NCBI GenBank assembly: GCA_950097015.1 | Contig: CATNEN010000028.1 | Location: 992,001-1,056,000 of the forward strand | DNA length: 64,000 nt | Reading direction: 5' to 3' | Origin: Macrostomum hystrix | Lineage: Eukaryota; Animalia; Platyhelminthes | Part shown: piece after piece, positions 39,400 to 50,714 of the stretch | Numbering within the stretch: position 1 is the stretch's first letter | Layout: each line of letters starts with the position of its first letter | The notes under the pieces: generated by a model | The model's input: only the letters and a program-made list of their open reading frames with translations | Database searches by the model: none | What the model was told of the DNA's origin: nothing | Translations under genes and position numbers: made by a program

Positions 39400-39450
39400 C
39401 TCCTCCATGTCCGTCGTCTCCATGGCAGTGATGCTCCGGAGTCTTGGGGT
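39400..39450 (-). CDS. NCX: NCX small exon 4 (51 nt, symmetric phase 1-1)
   Basis: cag|ACCCC...GGAG|gtga; DPKTPEHHCHGDDGHGG. Supported by splice signals and frame only. Confidence 0.6.
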
Positions 39451-39608
39451 CTGCACAGAAAAAGTTTTCAAAATAATAGTGCGCCGCGTGCTTATTTTCT
39501 CTCAGATGAATTTTCTAGGAAACGCGACACCTTTGTAGGCAGGCTATAAATTAACAAACAGTTGATACATTTGCGGAGCTAAACTGTAGATTTGACTGTC
39601 AAACTCAC

Positions 39609-39706
39609 CAACACGCTTCATCAGTATGGGATCGCCCAGCTCGATAAAGAAGAACTCATTCTTTTCGTATTCCTCGTCGTCGATGATGCGAATTCGTACA
39701 GTTTTC
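39609..39706 (-). CDS. NCX: NCX exon 3 (CBD2)
   Basis: KTVRIRIIDDEEYEKNEFFFIELGDPILMKRV. Confidence 0.94.
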
Positions 39707-39875
39707 CTACGGTGCGAGATGCGAGATGAATTGTTGAATTTGCAAATGCTCATCTTCTATCTTCTTAGCCCAAAAGTTAGTTTAGAATGAAAACCATATA
39801 CACAGTTGATTCAAGTTGATTAATTATTCAAACTCCAATGTTCGATAAAGAATGAATTTTGAGGTGGGTGTGTGG

Positions 39876-40458
39876 GGGCGAGTGGGTCAGCGGCTAACGT
39901 CGCTGCCTCGCACTCCACTGGACGCTAGTTCGATTTACCCTTTAAGTCACGATTAACTTCGGGGCTTGTTGGGGGGTTTGGACAGTAGCGACCGGCGGAG
40001 GTGCACCATATTTCGTGCAATCAAAGCTTGAAATAATAGCTTCGCTCCTACCTTCTGTGTGCCTGTTCTGCGTTGCGTGAGTTGTGTGCGTTGGCGCTGG
40101 GGCGTGAGACCTTGCGGGGGGGTGGCTGGAGGGCGGGTGTACACCGCCGCGCGCTTTCTGGACTTCCGTCAGCGCGATTGGATAAGTGTACACTCATCAC
40201 CCGGCCCCCCTGAGGACTGATTTCTTATCAGCCTTCCGCCCCGGCTTGGTCTGCTATGTGCGTGTGGGGCTGGGGTGGGGGACACTGCTGCGTATTCTGG
40301 GTGCCTCCTGCCCTCCCCGGCTGGTCTGTGCTGCTGTGTGTGGTGCCTGCTCAGGGGAGGCGGCGCGATGGGCGCAAAAGCGCCTAGTTCGCCGGTCTGG
40401 GGGCGTGCCGCTCCGTCGCTTGTGCGACAAGTGCCCCGGGCCCCCCTGCAAATAGATA
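39876..40458 (+). mobile_element. tRNA-derived SINE-like insertion in NCX intron 2 (antisense to NCX)
   Basis: A-box-like TGGGTCAGCGG (39883) and B-box GTTCGATT (39928) at tRNA spacing; the T-stem does not pair. 18-bp direct repeat gaggtgggtgtgtggggg at 39861-39878 and 40459-40476. Confidence 0.65.
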
Positions 40459-42639
40459 GAGGTGGGTGTGTGGGGGTCTGAGGGTTAATTTGTAGGTGCC
40501 AGCCAATCAGCGTTATGTGTGGCTTTAGCGTGTCGAATTTCGGCCACTCTACACTGTACAACCGGGCTAGACTGTCTATCCATGTACATGTAGCTACCCT
40601 GGCCTATGAATTTACCTAAACATGTCTATAAAATAAAAAATTGGAGTTCGTTATTCCATTTCTATAAAAATGTAAGTGCTTTAAATGCGAAGTTTAATTT
40701 TTTTAAATATGCATTCAAATCATTCTTTAAACTGTTCCACGCAAACTTATAATACGGAAATGAAAATACGCCGCAGCCCACTCGTTCGTGAAACGCGAAT
40801 GAGGCAATGGGGCGATTCTTTCTGCTGGTAAGTGCATCATCCTGGCATAAGATTGCATTTAACCCATTTGCAATTGGCTTGTTGCATCTATTTTTTTAGC
40901 CAGATACATCCCGGCCGCACGGCCAAGTCTTTCGTTACTGGTCTAAACCGGATGTTGCGCCCAGGGCAACCGCCGACACGAAAAATGTGGAAAAGGTCAC
41001 CTCCCATCTGCCCCTCTACTTTCCATTTCGCTTGCTGGCTCTCTCATCCCTCTCTGGGGGGTGTAGAGCCAGCGGCGTTGGGATTGGGATCAGGAATGGG
41101 CGGATCTGGGATTCCGTCGAAGAGAATAGGGAGGGGATATGCCCCTCCAAAGCCTTCCGACTTTGCGACCCGTTTGGGATGAGGCAGAGGGAAAAGGGTC
41201 CCGCCCAGTAGTGCCCGGCGCATCGAATTCTCCCCTTGTCTCTCTCCCACCTTTGCACTCCAACATTTCCGTTTATGCCTCAAAGACCTTAGTAGAAAGG
41301 CGGAGAGCGAGAAGTCGCCGCAGATGCCAATGTTTTCCCATCGCATTTTATATACACATACTTCCTATTCGACCATCCTACCCTCTCTCTCTCTCTTATA
41401 CTTTCCACTTCAGATCATCGACTTTCAATTCGATCGAAATGCAAATCCATTTTAGTGGAGAGCTTCACTAAGAATTCTACACCTGCATCTTCGAAAATTA
41501 TTCATGGACAGAATTTCTCTCTTGTTAAAAAAATTGACTCAGGAAAAAACGTCGAATTGAATTCCGCAGCCAGGCCAGACACCTGACACTGATTAATAGG
41601 ACTCAAAAACTAACTGCGCTTGTACAATTTTAAGAGTACCTGGGATGACTGGGCGGGGAGGAGATGAAGCTAAACGTGAGTAATCTGTGCCCTTCGGCGG
41701 CGGCGGGACGTTGAGGGATTTTTTTGGGGATGTTTGGGAGGATTTGTCTATTCCCTTCTCCGCCCTGCCCTGACCTGCCCCAGTCCCAGTCGTCTCGATC
41801 TTTTCCTGTTGCTAGACAGAGAAATTGTCCAGAAGTCTATAGAGCTTACAAAGATCGATTCGCCTTTGAGCAAGGAGGCAGAGAAACCGCGGTCGGTGCA
41901 TGGGATCTCGGAAAAAGGATTAGTAGGAAGGACATAATTTGGGAGTCGACTAGGCGTCATCTGTCACAGTATGTGTTCGCTCGAACAAATTTGTGGACTC
42001 TGCGGACTGGCCAATCTCTCACTCCCTCGCTGCCAAGACTCACGACAGAACCTACTCGTAACTCAAACTTGCTCCGATCAGTCAAACTTCGTCGGGAAGC
42101 ATCATTGCAGCATTCAATAATATCGGTTTGTTGGGCTCCGACATGACTAAAATCTATTTGGCTTCTATGGAATTCGACAGCAGCCGTCGGTGCTAAATTT
42201 GGAATCCAATCCGCTATTTAATTGGACATTGTGCCCATCTTCTTTCTGCGTTTGCCGCAGCGTCACTCATTTTAGAAGATTAAACTGAGGCTTCCTTTGC
42301 TTTTCCTTTGTAGGAGCAGTAAGTAAATGAACGGGCTTGCTTTAAGCTGATCTATACCATGGCGTTTCTCTCCAATTAGCGAAAGTCCTTCTTCGTTATC
42401 TTCGCAGCAGCAGCTGCCGAGAAAATTGATTCGTCTTTATTAATCGGTGCGCATGTTAAGGCATACACTTTTGTACTTTTGAAAGACCTGAAGATAAAAT
42501 GAATCAATTATTGATTTGCCACCCGAAGTGCGACAGCTAAGCAATGTGCTGATGCGCACTAGAAACGATAGTCCTGCTAGCGTGCTCCCTGGACGAGAGG
42601 TGGGTGTTCGCATGGAAGAAAAGCGAATTACAGGTGTGG

Positions 42640-42795
42640 GGGCATGAGGTGGGTGTGTGGAGGGCGTGAGGTGGGTATATGGAGGGCGTGAGGTGGGTGT
42701 ACCAAGGGCATGAGTTGGGTGCATGGCGGTGGTGAGGTGGGTGCATAGCGGTGGTGAGGTGGGTGAATGGAATGCGTGAGGTGGGTATATGGAGG
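42640..42795. repeat. Degenerate ~22-bp G-rich minisatellite (gaggtgggtgtgtggagggcgt)
   Basis: Seen directly. Confidence 0.8.
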
Positions 42796-42903
42796 CGGAG
42801 GTACATGTACAGAGGTTAATGAAATGTGATGCTTGTGTAAATAAACTACATAAAAAGTACTTCACAAAGAATATACGCAAGGCTGCATTTCGAATTTACT
42901 CAC

Positions 42904-43018
42904 TCGGTCTCGTCATTGTGAAACTCCAGGTAGTCCTTAACAGATTCGAAATCCTTTGCATCGCCTTTGGCCGTCCCGTCGACTGTTTTGTAGGGCAATC
43001 GAACGATACCACGAGCAC
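42904..43018 (-). CDS. NCX: NCX exon 2 (CBD2)
   Basis: GARGIVRLPYKTVDGTAKGDAKDFESVKDYLEFHNDETE; phases 1/2 fit. Confidence 0.93.
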
Positions 43019-43859
43019 CTTTGAATGAAATAATATTGGAAACTATTTTATTATCAAACTTTTTGATAAGGTTTGTCAGAATTTTTTTCTAAAATTGAGA
43101 AGACGTTGAGAAGTAAAAAAATGGTTTCCAAGTAGATTCAGGAAAATGGAGCAAATTCACTTTTCGTTCGTTATCTATAAAATGCAAGCCTCATAGCTAG
43201 GCCGGGTTGACCTGATTTACATACGCCTGCCCATTAGACTGATGCCAGCTAGCCTAGCCATCTAGCTAAGCGATGAGGACAGAAATAAACATGGTTGGAT
43301 AGCTAGTTATCCTGCAGGATTAGCAGACGTAGATAGCTACTAGCTGTGGGAGCAGCTACGGTTTTAGATTTCTTCTAGGCGCAGTGAGGAATTCTTCCCC
43401 TCCCAGCGGGATTAATCCCCTGCCTCCACGGCCGAACTGCTCGCGCTCGTGGTCGCCTGGAAGTCGAAGGGCCCTGAGCATTCTACGAGGTCCCATTGGG
43501 GGGAGGGGGTAGCCTGGGAGATAGTGTTGCTAAGCGAGGGTTCGCCCGGGCCAATTTTTTTTAACCGGGCCACTGATCTCAATCAGCTCTGGTGATTCTA
43601 TCATGCCAAGCCTACTCAAGCAGTGGCAAAATTACTGCTTTCAATTTTTTGCCAGGTCTTAGTATTTGTATTTCAATTCATATATGCATATTCTTAATAT
43701 ACCAATTTTCTTCATCGAAAACTTTTTACGAAGTAGACGAAGTAGATTACATTGGCACCACGTCGCTATGATGAGCGAAATAATGTCATCATGGTTTTGT
43801 CGCTAGTGTAGCATGGGATCTACAAGGTCCCCTTCATCCTCATTTCAGTTTAATCCTCG

Positions 43860-43960
43860 TTCCCCTATATTCTTATTTCCCCTACATTCTTATTCCCCCT
43901 ACATTCTTATTTCCCCGTACATTCTAGCTTTCCCTACATTATTATTTCCCCTACATTTTA
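43860..43960. repeat. Short 17-bp repeat (ttatttcccctacattc)
   Basis: About 5 degenerate units; the reverse complement resembles the 16-19 kb satellite. Confidence 0.75.
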
Positions 43961-44941
43961 CCTTAAACTAGTTTCCTCTTTATCCTCATTCTTCAATAAT
44001 CCTCACTTTTCATTCATTATCATTCCCCTTTTTATTCTCAATTCAAAAAAATAATTCTAGAATATTCCTAAAGCCCTAATTCCAGCCCCAACAAAGCATT
44101 TTTAAAAGTACACCCAAGCCCAGAAAGCAGTTCAATTTGCAAGCTAATTGTGCGTGGACTAGACAAAAAATGTTGCCTCCAAAGCTGCACAGGGACAGCA
44201 GAGTGTTTGCACACCTTGCAAGCCGATCGATAATCCTCAGGAGCAAATTATGTGAATGCAGTCAAACAGCCTCTTTGTAAACAAAACGTTGCTCTCACAG
44301 GCCTCAGTACATCTATATAGTTAATGCAGTTATTTGGCCGCATACAAAAATCCACGCAGACTCTTTGGCTCTTCTGGTTACTTTGATACTCTTCTGAGTC
44401 CATTGAATCCCGTTTCTTTGCAGTCGAGCCACTCGATTCCCAATTAATGGCATGGAGACCCCTCTTGTCTGTGAGCTGTATAGACATAGCTAACTGTAGG
44501 ATATTTATTAATGACCGACAATTCTGCAAGTGCTCATTAGGAATGCGTAATGAACAGATTTACTGCATTTATTATTCGGTCCTACACGTGGTCACTAGGA
44601 CACTCAATCTCTCTGTCGTGCTTGGCACAAAAACACCAGCTGTGAGTGTCTCGTTAATGTGATCGCTTATACGAGCGTAATTATCTTGCAGAATGCATAG
44701 GGAAATGCTAAGTAGAAGGAATGAGAGAGAGGTCCTGAAGCAGTTTCAGTTTTCTCTCTGCTGTCTGATGAACACAGACACACAGGCACAATCGAATGCA
44801 TAAACAGAAGAAGCGTTTACGCAGCATTAAACAAAACGGACTGATTCACATCGACTGTTGGAATCAGATTATTGCCGAATTGTTTTCTTAGCGCGTCTGA
44901 ATTGTAATCATTTTGGCTTGCTTTCTGGCAGCAGAACTCAC

Positions 44942-46523
44942 CGGAGCTGCGTTGAACCTTGAACTCAGCTTCACCGATCGCCTCGTGCACCGTGGCCTCC
45001 GTCACTTCAAAATGAAAGATGCCAGCGTGGTCGTCGTCCAGAACCATGATGGTAGCCCGGATGGGGTCGGCCAGCTCAGCGCGAGTGTTCGGATCGCCAC
45101 CCTCGACGCGTATGTTGGACAGCTCAACGTAGAAGTGCTCGTCCTCTTCGAAAACGTCGTCGTCAATGATGGTCAGGCTGAGGTGGCAGTGCTTCTCGCC
45201 GGAGTGGAATACCAGAGTCCCCTGGGCGGCCACGTAGTCGTCTCCGGCGGTGGCGGTACCGTCAACGGTGTGGTAGTCCAGCCTCACGACGGTGTTCAGG
45301 TCGCCCCCGATGCGAGACACAGTTAGCTGGAAGGTGCCAACATTCTCCATCACAGTGTAGTGGCCAGGATCGAAAAAGATCTTCTGCAGGTTCGGATCCT
45401 CCTCGTGCTCTTCAGCGGCTACCGAGAGGCGACGCTCGACCTTGGACTTCTTGATGACGTTGCCTGAGCCGGTCAGCTGCCTGGTAGCCTGCATGCGGTA
45501 GAAGGCTCGCGACTTCGGACCCCGGTTGAGCACCTCCATCTGCGCCATCTCCTCCAGCATCTTGGGGTCGGCATTTGGGTGCTTCTTGCGAATCTCGCGC
45601 AGTATCTCGATGTAGTCGTGACGTGTCTTTTCGAAATCATTCAGATCGGCGTCGGTGCTCGACGGATCCACGACGGCAGTGTCGGGGTTCTGCATCTCCA
45701 GCTCGCCATCCTGGTAGGCCTTGGTCGATCGGGCACTGTAGTGCTTCTGCAGGAAGCTCTTGAAGAAGATCTTAGTGTCGGCTACGTAGGCCATGAGAAC
45801 GGTCAGTGGGAAGAAGGCGAATGTCACGACGGCTTCCCAAACTAGAACGACTCCAGGCGAGGAGATGCCAATGATTAGGTACATCCAGAGGTAGGCAAAG
45901 ATTGAGAATGAGGCGGTGACAAAGAACACTAGAAGGTGCTTTATGCGTCGCGTCTCGCCGTTGGGAATGACGTACACGCAGAGACCGATAATGATGAACA
46001 GGTTGAACGCGGCGCTGCCTACAATGGTACCTGGACCAAGGTCGCCGGCTTCAAATCTCTTGCCGCAGATTTCAATGATGGAGAGCAGGATCTCAGGCGC
46101 CGAGGAGCCCAGAGCCATCAGTGTCAGGTTGCTGACTGTCTCGTTCCAGATGCGCACGCTCACCACCTGCTTCGTGCCATCCTTCAACTTCACAACAATG
46201 TCCTTCTCCTTCGAGGTGATAACTTCGATGGCGGCCATGAACCTGTCGGCGATGATGGACACGCCTAGAAAGCAGTAGAGCAGTGACGAGAAGTACACTA
46301 CAGCTCTAGCCAGCTTGTCACCGAAGCTGAGATTCAGCGAGGGCTGCCAAACAGGCAGTAGGACGCCTGCCTGGCATTTCGTATTCGCGCTGGACTTGCA
46401 AGTGCCGTTGGCGTCTCGCTTGATCGCCTCAGCGCCTCCTAGGAGGCACAGCAGCAGCAGCAACAGCACCGGCGGCGAGAGTAGCAGCGCCAGTGGCTGC
46501 GACCGGAAGCGCTGGGCGGTCAT
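44942..46523 (-). CDS. NCX: Na+/Ca2+ exchanger, large first coding exon (signal peptide, TM1-5, alpha-1 repeat, CBD1)
   Basis: GVSIIADRFMAAIEVITS, IWNETVSNLTLMALGSSAPEILLS, GPGTIVGSAAFN, Calx-beta IIDDDVFEEDE and LDDDHAGIF; donor G|GTGAG at 44941. Confidence 0.97.
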
Positions 46524-48029
46524 GCGTGCTCAAGACTTGGAGAAGTCCGCGATGCGATTGAAGACGGATTGCTTGGACCGATTTGAGGGATTTTGTCCGG
46601 CCTATAGATCCGGTGGGAATTCAAGTTTGGCCAAACGCTCTGTGTCGTCTTCGGTATTCTACACTAGGATTTTACTTTTCGTTACTCCTTCGCTCTCTCT
46701 CTCTCTCTCTCTTCTCTCTTCCTCTCGCATATAAGAGAAAATAGTTTCTGTGGCGGGGAGTTGACGGCAAGTACGGGCTCTCAGCGTGAGGTCTCTGGTG
46801 AAGGATGGGCCGGGGGTGCGCGCACTTTGGCCTCCTCCGGGGTGGCTAGTTTTTAAATTGCCTCCGAGGCTGGCGGGGGTTGGCCTGCGGTCGCGGAGGG
46901 TGGGTATGAAGACGGCGGCAGAGAGAAAAGGGCAGGGGAAACGGGGGGAAACGACTGGGGGAAAAGAGAGTCAGAGTGGAGGGAGAGAGCAACTGTGCCG
47001 TCTTGATGTGCAAGCCAATAGGAATCTTGGCGGACAACGGGTCGGATGCTCCACACTCATTTAGGCGCTTTTGTTAGTACTAGCTTCGGGTTTGGTGGGT
47101 AGTTGAAGCAGTGCAAATTTTGTTGGAAAGAAGGAGGGAGAGAGTAGGGAGGGAGGGAGGCCACGGGCCACAGTAGAACCTAGTTCAGGGGATCCTGCAG
47201 TGGACATTATGGAACTGGGGTACAAACTTTGGAAGTGGGTGTTTGCCCGGCAAGTGGTGCTTACCATTGACAAAGCAGTGCAAAATAATGGTAGAAGCTG
47301 CTAGAAATGGTAGAATGGTAGAACGCACGCATTTGTGCACATACGGCTGCTTCGGGTTGCCATTTTCCTCTCTCCCTATAAGTCTTCCCTTCCATACTGT
47401 CCGAAGACGCAGCGAAACTGAAGCTGCTGCATGGGGGAGAACCGCTTTTGATCCCTATGCAACGCGGGCTTAAAGGTTTCGTGGACATCGGTAGATGGTC
47501 AGAAAGAGATTGACAGACGCCAATGCTTTTTAATTTCCATTTCCAGAAAGGGCATCGTCCGCCTAAACTGTTGCGCCGCTTCCGCAATGAAAAATCTGAA
47601 TTGTAATAGCTGGAATGAGAGTTACAAACTATTTTGGCAGAAGTGTGCAATTTGCGTGCAGCAATATTCTATGTGAGCACAGAGATTAGTTTGAGCAAAG
47701 AGTTTTAGGGATTTGCTGAGCCCGGAGCTAGGTTTAATAGCCAAGTCTATTCTTATCTGACACTGAGTGCCATCAAATGCGACTAATTCATTTGTTTTAG
47801 CTCAGCATCTGTGTCCCTTCCAGGTATGTACAGCTCTACTGTACGCTGATGCAGTTCTAGATATCTCTGCACTACGGGCCCTGATGATGAAACAATGGGA
47901 TCTACATCAATTATTTATTCTGATGACTGTTGTAAAACCTCCAAACGGACTAGGTGTGTGGAATATTTAACAAATTGTATTTCGTATCTCTGCCCCAAGG
48001 AGAACTATAGTTGTCTTATTGAGGAAAGT

Positions 48030-48099
48030 CATTACAAACTGTAATTTCCCAATATAATTCATTACAAACTGTAATTTCCCAATATAATTCATTACAAAC
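48030..48099. repeat. Perfect 30-bp tandem duplication
   Basis: cattacaaactgtaatttcccaatataatt x2.3. Confidence 0.9.
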
Positions 48100-48892
48100 G
48101 GTATGCCCAGTCTCAAAGAATTATTGTTCTCAAAGCAGAACGCTGCGTTGGTTGGTTTTCACAAACACAGCTCAAAAGGCTTCACTGCATGCAGCGGCTA
48201 TACTAAATCAATATCTTCGGCTTAGTTTGACTAGCGGAACAGCATACACCAGGCCAATAGTCCAACAAATTCTCACAGTCTGAGACAGACCAGAGACAGA
48301 AGGAGAATGCACAAGGGAAATTCTCAACATGTCTTTTAATATTCTTCTCGCGCGATATTGAAAATGATAAGAATTAAAAAGTAATTTTACGAGCACGTTT
48401 AAATTCAATATCGTTTAGCTCTAGTGTGGCTTACCAAATATTGACACATTGGTTGGCAGCGCCAGTGGCGGTCACTGCATCCAGCCATTTGACACTTTTT
48501 AATCAATCAATTGTCTCCTTAATTAGATTAACGGATTGTGGCGGCTTAAGGTAAGTGTTTGTAGTTGTTAGCATTGCCTACAGTCAAGTGCCAAGTCAAG
48601 TTAGCTGAGTTTTTCTGCAATTTTACTGATAAAATACGAGCGCGGTCTATCGCCATGACGCTTGACGGAACTTTTATGGCTGATCATTGATGCCGGATTT
48701 GATCAACTTTGTAATGGCCAAATAAAATTACTGATGGACTTTAAATTGTTTACGCATTTAAAACTGCTCGACCGGGAATTTTCCTAGACACAGTCCAAGC
48801 ACTTTTAGATAAATGGAAAATTACTTTGTGTGACATTGTGAGAGAAATGCGATTGCTAATTACCCCCTCACGTGAATCCTCTAGTAAGTACG

Positions 48893-49870
48893 GTTCCTGC
48901 TGCGATTCTAGCTATTGCTCCTGCCGCGATTCTAGCTATAGCTCCTGCTGCGATTCTAGCTATAGCTCCTGCCGCGATTCTAGCTATAGCTCCTGCTGCG
49001 ATTCTAGCTATAGCTCCTGCTGCGATTCTAGCTATAGCTCCTGCTGCGATTCTAGCTATTGCTCCTGCTGCGATTCTAGCTATAGCTCCTGCTGCGATTC
49101 TAGCTATAGCTCCTGCTGCGATTCTAGCTATAGCTCCTGCTGCGATTCTAGCTATTGCTCCTGCCGCGATTTTAGCTATTGCTCCTGCCGCGATTCTAGC
49201 TATAGCTCCTGCTGCGATTCTAGCTATAGCTCCTGCTGCGATTCTAGCTATAGCTCCTGCTGCGATTCTAGCTATTGCTCCTGCTGCGATTCTAGCTACA
49301 GCTCCTGCCGCGATTCTAGCTATTGCTCCTGCCGCGATTCTAGCTATTGCTCCTGCTGCGATTCTAGCTATAGCTCCTGCTGCGATTCTAGCTATAGCTC
49401 CTGCTGCGATTCTAGCTATAGCTCCTGCTGCGATTCTAGCTATAGCTACTGCTGCGATTCTAGCTATAGCTCCTGCTGCGATTCTAGCTATAGCTCCTGC
49501 TGCGATTCTAGCTATATATCCTGCTGCGATTCTAGCTACAGCTACTGCTTCGATTCTAGCTATATATCCTGCTGCGATTCTAGCTATATATCCTGCTGCG
49601 ATTCTAGCTATATATATCCTGCTGCGATTCTAGCTATATATCCTGCTGCGAATCTAGCTATATATCCTGCTGCGATTCTAGCTATAGCTCCTGCTGCGAT
49701 TCTAGCTACAGCTGCTGCTGCGATTCCAGCTTTAGCTGCTGCTGCGATTCTAGCCATAGCTACTGCTTCGATTCTAGCTATATATCCTGCTGCGATTCTA
49801 GCTATAGCTCCTGCTGCGATTTTAGCTATAGCTCCTGCTGCGATTCTAGCTATATATCCTGCTGCGATTC
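48893..49870. repeat. 24-bp minisatellite (gctcctgctgcgattctagctata)
   Basis: Seen directly; explains the 8-aa periodic ORFs. Confidence 0.96.
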
Positions 49871-50714
49871 TACATTTCGCGACCCCTACGATTCTGGGCT
49901 CGAACTTAGGGTTTAACCAGCGATTCCAAGCTTATAAATCGTGCTTTGGTACTAGCCAAGACTTGCTATATTTCTTCCAGTATGCCACCTCCTGGACACA
50001 CGAACATAAAACATACACAGAGTATGTCAATACAAACTGTTGGCTTTGTAAGATGCAAATTCTTATAGCAGTACCACATGTATGGCTCCTACTATATCCT
50101 GTTTGGTATAGTTTGCTCTGAAAATTGGTTATAAATAAATTTGGTTGAAGCTAATCATTAACTTAATTACGTACTTACTAATTTACAAGCAATTTCTAAA
50201 TGTTAAAAATTGATTAAACCCGCAACATTCGGCCAGATGTGCACAGCGAAATTGCTAAAATACACAAATTATTCTAGCGGAATCAAGAATCGAACCCCCG
50301 ACCTTCAAGCCGAGTATTTTGTGCTGTATGTTAACCAAAAATTTTCGCGAACTTATAGAAAGCGATCGATATAATATGGAGATTAGAGTGACATTGGAAG
50401 TACAGGGAGTGTTTTATGCAGCAGCAGCAGCAGCAGCACTTAATCATTTCCGCCACAAAGTCCGCGGCCCGATGCCACGACCCGCACCACCCATCCCCCC
50501 CAGCTGCAGCTCGAGCGATGCCTTTCGGAGGCTGGCGGAGAATTTGTGATGTGCTGCAGACTACTGCAATACCGCGAGTTATTAACTAGGGAACGAGCGA
50601 GAGTGCACGCAAGAGCTGCACTGGGTGGCTGTGGCAGCAGAAAGAGGGAAGAGTTACTCCATTGCTGCTTTGTGCTTCTCTCCTTTCTGCATTTTCTTTG
50701 CACCAAGGCAAAGC

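Noticed and set aside
39876-39945. Functional tRNA gene
   Set aside because: Only the promoter boxes are kept; the T-stem and acceptor stem do not pair. Treated as a SINE head.
40208-40240. Hammerhead-like CUGAGGA followed by the hairpin CUGAU-UUCUU-AUCAG
   Set aside because: The required GAAA after stem II is absent (CCUU), so the catalytic core cannot be completed.
44913-46734. Plus-strand ORFs over the large NCX exon
   Set aside because: Antisense shadows with no recognisable motifs.
48826-50121. 431-aa Cys/Ser/Asp/Tyr-rich ORF and 253-aa APAAILAI ORF
   Set aside because: Both are frames of a 24-bp minisatellite (period divisible by 3); there is no unique coding flank.
50275-50315. Minus-strand B-box GGTTCGATTC
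   Set aside because: No convincing A box or cloverleaf; at most a SINE relic.
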